From NCBI RefSeq assembly GCF_006345805.1, contig NC_043004.1:2666001-2730000 (forward strand): a DNA stretch of 64,000 nucleotides, written 5' to 3'. Origin of the DNA: Octopus sinensis. Lineage: Eukaryota. Position 1 is the first letter of the stretch; every line of letters starts with the position of its first letter. Below the pieces are notes generated by a model. The model was not told the origin of the DNA. It made no database searches and saw only the letters and a program-made list of their open reading frames with translations. Positions 54,890 to 64,000 of this stretch are shown here, piece after piece. The position numbers were made by a program, and so were the translations under genes.

Positions 54890-55521
54890 ATATATGTATG
54901 TATGTATGTATAGAAATTGTGTATTGTTTTTCTTTTGTTTTTTTTCTTTTTGCCCGGAAGTGTAGACGGCAGATGTGACCAAATCGGTTGAGTTGTGACT
55001 GAATCTGTTTTTGGTTTTATACATAAAAAAATCAATTTCCGAAAGGTTTAATACGAGATAATTCAAGTGTGTTTTCAAGAAAAAGTCACAGGAGTATTTA
55101 TTAGGACTTAAGATATATATTTGTAGTAGGACATCACATTCTAACAAGTGTGCAGCTGATATGAAAACATACTCACGCGCATGCACAAAAGCCCTGAAGC
55201 GCAGAAGCGCATAGACACTACAATACATACACACACGCACAAACACACACACGCACACACAACACTTATCTAACAGTTACATGTTTGTATGTATTCATTT
55301 TTCTTTTATTATTTTATTCTGTTATTTGTTTCAGTCATTTGACTGCGGCCATACGGGAGCACCGTCTGAAGACGAACGAATCGACATCAGGACTTATTCT
55401 TTGTAAGCCTAGTACTTATTCTATCAGTCTCTCTTGCTGAACCCCTATGTTTCAAGGACTTAAACTCACCAATATTGGTTGTCAACGATGGCGGGGTGGG
55501 GGGGTGGCAAACAGACACACG

Positions 55522-55568
<47 letters not shown>

Positions 55569-56325
55569 TTTTAAAATAGTAAAACAGATAGAAGTTATGC
55601 TTCTTCGTTCATATTTGAACACGCTTCTTATCTGACGCTGGGCCGATAGTGGCAATTGTGTGTGTGTGTATATATATATATATAATATATCATATATATA
55701 TATATATATGTATGTATGTATAGAAATTGTGTATTGTTTTTCTTTTGTTTTTTTTTCTTTTTGCCCGGAAGTGTAGACGGCAGATGTGACCAAATCGGTT
55801 GAGTTGTGACTGAATCTGTTTTAGGACATAAAAAAATCAATTTCCGAAAGGTTAAATACGAGATAATTCAAGTGTGTTTTCAAGAAAAAGTCACAGGAGT
55901 ATTTATAGGACTTAAGATATATTATTTGTGTAGGACATCACATTCTAACAAGTGTGCAGCTGATATGAAAACATACTCACGCGCATGCACAAAAGCCCTG
56001 AAGCGCAGAAGCGCATAGACACTACAATACATACACACACGCACAAACACACACACGCACACACAACACTTATCTAACAGTTACATGTTTGTATGTATTC
56101 ATTTTTCTTTTATTATTTTATTCTGTTATTTGTTTCAGTCATTTGACTGCGGCCATACGGGAGCACCGTCTGAAGACGAACGAATCGACATCAGGACTTA
56201 TTCTTTGTAAGCCTAGTACTTATTCTATCGGTCTCTCTTGCTGAACCCCTATGTTTCAAGGACTTAAACTCACCAATATTGGTTGTCAAACGATGGCGGG
56301 GTGGGGGGTGGCAAACAGACACACG

Positions 56326-56371
<46 letters not shown>

Positions 56372-56465
56372 TTTTAAAATAGTAAAACAGATAGAAGTTA
56401 TGCTTCTTCGTTCATATTTGAACACGCTTCTTATCTGACGCTGGGCCGATAGTGGCAAATTGTGT
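54890..56465. repeat. ~0.8-kb near-identical tandem duplication (~54890-55690 and ~55700-56465)
   Basis: Both units run from gtatagaaattgtgtattg...gcccggaagtgtagacgg to ctgacgctgggccgatagtggc and include the same partial SINE A. Confidence 0.95.
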
Positions 56466-56471
56466 GTGTGG

Positions 56472-56516
<45 letters not shown>

Positions 56517-56524
56517 ATATAGAG

Positions 56525-56894
56525 AGGGAGGAAGGAGCAGTTAAAAACCAAATTCTATGCGTGTTGAATGGCCGTTGTTTTTAAGTAGAAGAGCATTTGT
56601 CCTTGGTACGAAAATGATGTAAGGCGAGCGAGATAAATGAAGCATGTCCTAAGGTCAGCCAGGTTAATACAACTGAAGATCACAGTATATACTTATTTAG
56701 ATTAAAAATTGATTTATTTAGTTTGTTCATTAAACGTGAAACTAGCTTTGTGTTTAACCACACTGACCATAAGACATATTTCATTTATCAGGCTCGCCTT
56801 ACATCATTTTCGTACCAAGGGCAAATGCCCTTCTTCTAGTTAGAAATAACGGCCATTCAACACGCATGGACTTTTTTAACTACTCTTCTCCCCT
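56525..56894 (+). mobile_element. Fold-back element (~150-bp arms) capped by a degenerate hammerhead
   Basis: atgcgtgttgaatggccgtt...ggtacgaaaatgatgtaaggcgagc has its reverse complement at 56795-56868. CTGAAGA is at 56673-56679 and GAAACTAG at 56738-56745; tacaa/ttgtg flank the core directly. Confidence 0.7.
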
Positions 56895-56905
56895 GGTTCT
56901 ATAAC

Positions 56906-56938
<33 letters not shown>

Positions 56939-57124
56939 ATATATACGACGGGTTTCTTTCATTTTCCGCCTACCATATTCACTCACAAGAAGACACCTAC
57001 CCAAGGTCCCACGCAGCGCGGCTGAGCCCGGAATTATGTGGTTTGGAAGCAACCTTCTTACCACACAGCCACACATGAATATGTGTATGTGTGTTTGTGT
57101 TTGTGAGTGTGTGTGTGTGTTTGT

Positions 57125-57455
57125 AGTGAAGCGTGGCTTAGTAGTTGGGGTACCTGGCTCACAATCATATGTCCGCGAGTTCAATTCCTGGCGGTGCGTT
57201 ATATCAGTGAGCAATACACTTTATTGTGCGTTGTTCCAGTCCACTCAGCTGGTAAAGCTGAGTTGTACCTGTAATTCACAGGGGGGGGGGCAGCTTTGAA
57301 GCATTCTCTGTCATGCTCAATCTCCCTGAGAACTTCGTTAAAGGCACGTATGTCTGTGAAGTACTCAGCCACTTGACCGTTAATTTCCCAAATAGTTTGT
57401 TCCTGTGATTCAATCAACTGAAACCCACGTCGTCGTAAGCGACGGAATACAAGTT
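57125..57455 (+). mobile_element. SINE family D
   Basis: tRNA-like head gcgtggcttagtagtt...gagttcaattcctgg followed by cactttattgtgcgttgttccagtccactcagctgg. Confidence 0.7.
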
Positions 57456-57891
57456 TATATATGTATGTATGCATATATACATATATGTGTGCGTGTATGT
57501 GTATACAAGACATTTTAATAACTGCTAAATGTTTTTGTTTGTTTTTTTTTTAGAACAACAGGGTAATCAATAATGTACTTTAAACGAATGTCGGATAAAT
57601 ATATTTCGATAAAAAGAATAGAGAAGATTTAAATACAAATTTATTGTACAAGTTTGATGTCGGTGGCGATACACGCCAGACAGACTTCGCTCGTACGAAA
57701 CTTGAATTTATAGGCAGATAGTCGCCCTTAACTAATAATTTTAATATATATATATGCACACACACTCACACACATTCAAGACACACCCATATTCAGATGC
57801 AATCATGTATAAACACATATACATGTATACATTTATATAACTATGTATGCACATATCTATATCTATAATATATATTTATATTTATATATAC

Positions 57892-57938
<47 letters not shown>

Positions 57939-58024
57939 TACATACATGTATATACACATATTACTTATATATGCTTATATATGTATATATCTATATGTAT
58001 ATATGGATATATATGGATATATAT

Positions 58025-58059
<35 letters not shown>

Positions 58060-58093
58060 ATGTATAAGCAAAGATATGTATAAAATGATTATA

Positions 58094-58136
<43 letters not shown>

Positions 58137-58861
58137 GCGCACACACATACGCATGAATATACAATATATATGAATATTTTTAGGCACGTATATACACATA
58201 TATAGTTAACTATATTTATAAATTTATTTATCTCTGTAGATATACGCGTGTTTATACACACACGCACACACACATACACATGCACGCGCGTACACACACA
58301 AACTTCCACATACATACACACACACATGCGCATACAATATTTCTGTATGCGAATTGCGTATATTGGATTACGTGAAATTATGTTACATGTGGATATAATT
58401 TATTATTTTTTCTAATAAACGTGCCAGGTCCGTTTCCTGAAGTTTTCCGGAGGTGGACATGGGACACGGTGCTGCATACTTTCATAGAGTTTCTCTTTTT
58501 TATAACTCTGTGAGTCTGCTAAAAAATTCCATCCATCTTTTACTTGACTCTTCAGGTCAATAAATAATTCTCATAGAATTCATTTTAAGACCATTTCAAT
58601 TATACCAAATATGTAAAAACAGAAAATATATCTGTTATTTTATTTTCATTTTTGCTTTAATAGTTAACTGGGAGGTAAAATATTTTTTTCCATACTGTAC
58701 GAGTTATTTTCTGCTTCTGATAGAATATTGAGGCATGCGTAGGGTAAGTGGTGAGAGGGATGTGGGGTGTGGGGGAGGCAAGTTGGAGAATTGAAGGTAT
58801 TTGGGATACGAGGCTTCAAGGCCGCCGACAAATGAACAAGTGCGAAGTGGGCTAAAGATTA

Positions 58862-59320
58862 CTTGATGATGATGATGATGATGATGATGACGACGACGAC
58901 GACGATGATGATGGTGATGATGATGATGATGATGATGGTGGTGGGCGTGGTGGGCGTGGTGGGCGTGGTGGTGGTCGTGGTGACTACGACGACGATGATG
59001 ACGGCCATAATGATGATGTTAAAATGATTATGACAACGATGTTGTTCAGTATGATGATGATGTTCAGGAGGAGGAGAGGAGAAGGACGAGGAGGAGGAGG
59101 AGGAGGACAGGAGGAAGAGAAGCCTGGAGGAGGAGGAGAAGTGGTGGTGGAGGAGGAGGAGGAGGAGGAGGAGGAGTACGGGGTGAAGGACGAGGATGAG
59201 GACGCGGAGGAGGACGTGGATGAGGACGAGGGGGAGGAGGACCATAATGATTTTGATAGATATCGGCGAGGTCGCTACTGATGACGATGATGATGATGAT
59301 GACGATGATGACGGCCACTT
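58862..59320. repeat. Compound trinucleotide low-complexity tract (GAT/GAC/GGT/GGA)
   Basis: Read directly. Confidence 0.9.
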
Positions 59321-59859
59321 CTTCAGCCGACACCATCCATTAAACATCAACAGCCACAGCGAACAACAAGAACAACACTATTGGCAGCAACTTCCACACT
59401 AAAAACATCAGCTGCGAAAGTAACAGTAACTGCAGCGACAACAAAAGAGAAACAACACAAATAGTAGAATCGAACGCGACAAAAGTACGAAAGAAACCCC
59501 CACCCGCCGGTGACACCTCATCCCCGAGAGCAACAACGACTGAAATGCATCGCCAATAACAAAAAAAGAAAGGACAATGCCATGCCCCTTACTCGTGAAG
59601 ACATGTCGTTGTATGGCCAAAGTGGCAAAGAATAAAGGAACGGGCAACAAGTAACAAACCATTAAAAAAAAAGGAAAGAGAAAAAATCACACAAAATCGA
59701 GAAATGCAAATGGACGGGTATACACCTCCCAAGAACGAAACACAACCAACATCATCAACACCATCAGAAGCACTACCACCACAGGGACAGCCATCAACAC
59801 AAACACTAGTAAAGCCTATTATACACCCAAATGAAGGAAAACTCTTTGGGTTTATTCAG

Positions 59860-60590
59860 AAACGCAGTCTAAATGCAGGTGACTTGAAGTTACCTTAGAA
59901 GCAGGGCTACACGAAATAGAAATGTGACAGTCATCACCAAAGCTAGGAAGGACCTGCATCTCGCGATATTTGACCATTTTGTTCAACACAGAAGGTAAGT
60001 TATCGGACCTGGTTGGAAAAGTAGCGAATAGAGAAGAGTCTTACTGGTAGCTGTTTATGCTCCTACAGGAGCGAGACAGATTGTTTTGGGCATTGAAAGG
60101 ATTTCCTTGAAAACTCCCACTCTTTGATACCAGAGGGCGACTGGAACGCCATCTGTGATGCACGTTTGGATTGTGTGGCCTTAGATGAATGGTATGCAAA
60201 ACCTTCGCAAATCTACTCCTGAATTACCCAGTGTCTGGCATGTGCAGACTGCATTTCCTGTATGTAGAAGAATGTTTAAATGAATAAATTGCGTCCTTTC
60301 AACCAGATTGTATCTAGATAGAATATTATTTGTAGCAGTAGACAATGAAAGTATAAGTTTTCAACATTTTAAAATCTGTAGCTCTACTGACTAAAACGTT
60401 TTTATATGTACAGTCAACCAAGATAAGCTTCGCAAATAGGTACCCAGTTACTTGAATCCCAATGCGTCACTCACGGTGTGCTAATCTTAAAAAGACTGGA
60501 TTATTTAATTAGTTAAGAGGGCATTGATGGAACAGGTTTCCAAAAAGAAATGGTGGTTCACTCTGAAAAGGTTGATTATGACTATGCGTA
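59860..60590 (+). mobile_element. Decayed Tx1/L1-type APE endonuclease region
   Basis: RSLNAGDL, LVAVYAPTGARQ, EGDWNAICDARLD, RLYLDRIL and KWWFTLKRLI occur in order, with many stops and frameshifts. Confidence 0.7.
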
Positions 60591-61600
60591 AGCTGATTTC
60601 TAATATACTCAAGTGTTTATACTGAGAAATGTCAATTTTTCCCAACATTCTCCTTGAGGAGGTAATTCTATACCTTCAAGTTTGTTGACACTTCCTCCCG
60701 TCATGAATGTTCACTAAAAAAAAATAACTTGAGCTTTGTCCTTCCCATACGGATTGAGGTCATCCATAAATAACAGATGTTTGATATTTCGTTGTTTGCC
60801 TTTAAGCCAATATCCAGATGTTACTTTTCTCAGTAGCAATGTTAAAGGAATCATACAAAAATTGCAAAGGAGTCGCAGTTTCCCTGAAAAATATGTCTTT
60901 TGACTCTTAACCTCCCTAGGTTCTGTCCATACAATGTGGGCTCAGGTTTGCAATTGTCCATGCTTTTTCTCAAAAAAACAACTCTTGACATTGTTTGCAA
61001 TCCCAAACACATTCAAACATTAAACGGTCCACGAATGCGATGTCATTTCAATCATCTATCCAGACCATTGCTAAATATATATTCCTTCGTTTATCTTTCA
61101 CCACTATTTTATCTACGAGTAGCTGGTCCTTAGTTCTCTTGCAATCTCGTTTACAGCCCTTCCTCTCAAAGAAGGATATTTCGGTTTTCATTAAGAAATG
61201 TATACACTTCATCAGCGATTGTTCCAGTAAGCAGCTTTGCATCAATGGGAGTCATTATATAAAGTCTATTGTTATTTACAGCATTCCTTTTTGAAGAATC
61301 TGTCAAGCACAATATTGTTCGTCCTGTAATTATCCACAAAGGAATCTCTTCATTCCCGTTGATTGGAGAAATAAGCTGTTCTGTTATTCTTTTATAGCCT
61401 TCTGTCGAATTCTTTATCCAATACCTTCTGAACAAAATCGGATCCAGTTACTTTCCAATTCCTCATCTTCTTAGCAACTTGTTACACATTTTCTTTTCCA
61501 ATTTAGTTTTTTTCTCTGTTGTTGATGAAAAGAAAAACTACTTCAAATGTTGTAACCATTCAGTTGCACCATTATTCCGATCTTCCTTATTCGATTTCTC
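60590..61600 (-). mobile_element. Decayed R4/Dong-like (RLE) reverse transcriptase fragment
   Basis: [34 protein letters not shown]...TKDQLLVDK...LAMVWID, IFQG and CMIPLTLLLRKVTSGY...HLLFMDDL occur in order. Confidence 0.8.
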
Positions 61601-62139
61601 ATGGCTTGAAGTCCGTTAAGAGATGTGCTTCGGGGAGCAACAATAACATGGTTCATTCTTCCTATTGATGGATACAGCAGGTTGCTGGAGATTTTGTAAT
61701 CTCTTGTGGCGAAAATTTTGGCAATTGCGAGTTCCAGGCGAGGTAGTGAGATGGAGCTTTCAACTCTATCCCACTTGGTCGCAGAGTTTCTAGATAAAGG
61801 GGTACTGAGAGGTGGAATCTGCCCTATCCCGGCACCTGAAGGGTGTTGTAATCTCGGCAAATTAAATATTATTCGGATAAAATCTGCGGTTGTTGCTGTT
61901 GAACCCACTCCCACTCATATTTCAAAACCAAAAATTTTATGTCAATTTCTTAACGATTTGGCCTTCTTTTTTTGGGGGGGGGGGAGGCATGTATAAAATG
62001 GACACACACTAATCTTTTATAAATATTTTGTAAATATTCTTCATGGGTACGTATACACATAAATACTCTGACATAGATACACATCTACATGCATCCTTGC
62101 ATGCATACATACATGCGTAAGTAGACACATAGGTCCAGC

Positions 62140-62510
62140 CTTCGCCATGATTGATCGCTAGGCACTAAACCTTTCTTTTATTTTCTCTCTCTCTTTATTT
62201 CTCTGTTCCTTTCTGTCAAGGAGCGTAGGCTCGAATAGTAAAAGTTAATTTTTCTAAATGGTATAATTTAATTTTTTTCATTATTGAATTGATAAAAGGT
62301 GGTTTGTTTCGAATTTATATATATATATATTGATCCCTAGCCACTAAACCTTTTTTTCTTATTTTCTCTCCCCGTTTATTTTTGTGTTCCTTTCTGTCGA
62401 AGAGCTTAAGCTCGAAACGTTAAAGAAATTCTCACTTCTCGAGCGTTAAACTAATACATCTGTTTGTTGTTTACACACCCGTCTTCGGCTTTTTTTCTTC
62501 ATAAATTCCA
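62140..62510 (+). mobile_element. Two tandem copies of the Penelope-like short repeat with CTGTC(G/A)A hammerhead-like cores
   Basis: Best copy 62390-62425: cttt-CTGTCGA-a-gagc-ttaa-gctc-GAAAC-GTT-aaag. A second, more decayed copy lies at ~62209-62245. Confidence 0.7.
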
Positions 62511-62822
62511 ACTAGGTAAATACGTACGTACATACATACATACATACATATATACATACATACACACACACACACACACATACATACACACACACACACA
62601 CACATACATACATACATACATACATACATACATACATACATACATACAATTTGGCACAGATAAATGTTCAGCGGATTATTTTTCTGGAATGAGTTCCAAA
62701 TAATAACACATTAACGTCTGTGACAACTTACTTGAGTACAAAAATTTTCCCAATTATCACATGGCAATTAAAAGCATCGCAAGGAAGTGACACAAAAATG
62801 AGGAGGAAGATGCTGACAATGA

Positions 62823-62875
<53 letters not shown>

Positions 62876-63405
62876 ATAGCGTAACCTATTGATGATTTAG
62901 GTGAAGCAAATATTGGCGAATTGCACCCAGTAGCAGCAGATATCAGTAGCGTATCAATAGAAAGTGGTCGTTCTCTCATGCTGTAATTCCAATCGAGTCT
63001 AAAAGAAGAAACAGCCTCGAGCATGAAATGAAGAGAATAAAAATAGAATGTTGCTCGATTATTGTTATTCTGAGCAGCAAGTAAAACAAACGTATAAAAG
63101 GAGGAATCTGACAACTGTTCGGCTGACGGTACACTTGTCAATCACTTTCCTACATAACATAGGAGACATCTCTCTAATAATCATCGCAAGTTATTTGTAT
63201 AAGTAAAGCGGAAAGGAAGTCAAATCTAATCTAGCACAAAGTATTGAACGAAACAAATTTTCGCAAAAACAAGCGAATGAGAGAGAGCTTTAATATTCAT
63301 CGTTGTTTATTTTCGCGCCCTATCAAGTCAGAATAAATAAATATAAATGTGTAACGGGAGTGGAAAATTGGAGAGAAGCATAAACAGAAGAGAATGTCTT
63401 CCTAT

Positions 63406-63690
63406 GCGTAGGCGTGGCTGTGTGGTAAGAAATGTGCTCTCCGACCACAAGGTTTTGGGTTCGGTCCCACTGCGTGGCACTTTCGGTAAGTGTTTTCTAA
63501 TATCGCCTCGGGCGTTCCAAAGCCTTCTGAATGGATTTGGTAGCTGAAAACTGAAAGAAGCCCGTCGTATACATGTATATATATATGTGTGCATGTGTGC
63601 GCACGCGCGTCTGTGTGTCTACTGTATCGGTGTGATTAAGTCCCTGCTATCTAGCGGTTCGGCAACAGACACCGATAGAATAAGAACTAG
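63406..63690 (+). mobile_element. SINE family A
   Basis: gcgtaggcgtggctgtgtggtaag...ggttcggtcccactgcgtggcac...gaaagaagcccgtcgt. Confidence 0.9.
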
Positions 63691-64000
63691 ACTATAAAAA
63701 AACATTTCAGACCGTGTGCCTACTGTAGAAAGGAATATACTTTCCTCTCTTATTCAAAATATAGATGAGCTTATAATTAATCTGGTTGTAATTGAACTGG
63801 TTATAATTATTATAGTAAATGCTATTTGAACATTATAATTAATCTTGCTAACAACACAGAACAATGACTAAACCGAATATCTTGAAATATTTCGTTATTT
63901 CAATAGTTTCTATCGAAATCTCTACAAGATCATCATCATCTTACTGAAAAAAAAAAAGAACAGTTGAAATTGTTTTGTTTTTTTTTGTGGTCGAGTCCTG

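Noticed and set aside
59024-59402. Acidic and Gly/Pro-rich ORFs
   Set aside because: Trinucleotide repeat mosaic open in most frames; no splice or domain support.

Overview
This is very AT-rich, microsatellite-saturated eukaryotic DNA. The SINE families and repeat density point to an octopus (coleoid cephalopod); that is inference, not a database match. No protein-coding gene could be named. Most long ORFs in the track are translations of (AT)n, (ATAC)n, (AC)n, (GATA)n or trinucleotide repeats. Supportable content: (1) many tRNA-derived SINE copies from at least four families; (2) two short non-autonomous Helitrons with canonical TC...hairpin-CTAG ends; (3) non-LTR retrotransposon remnants, namely a Tx1/L1-type 3' end inside a (GATA)n array, a Tx1/L1 APE fragment, an R4/Dong-like RT fragment, two HERO-like RLE remnants, and an ORF1-only zinc-knuckle insertion with a 7-bp TSD inside a SINE head; (4) five unrelated fold-back elements, each carrying hammerhead-ribozyme core remnants at or near the hairpin apex, plus several free-standing minimal hammerheads of Penelope-like type, one with an intact core and one family with a shared A6U core change; (5) several short near-perfect hairpins; (6) an ~0.8-kb tandem duplication; (7) a CpG-rich ETS/E-box promoter-like island and a series of tentative, phase-compatible plus-strand exons of an unidentified gene. 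All alignments and foldings were done by eye.
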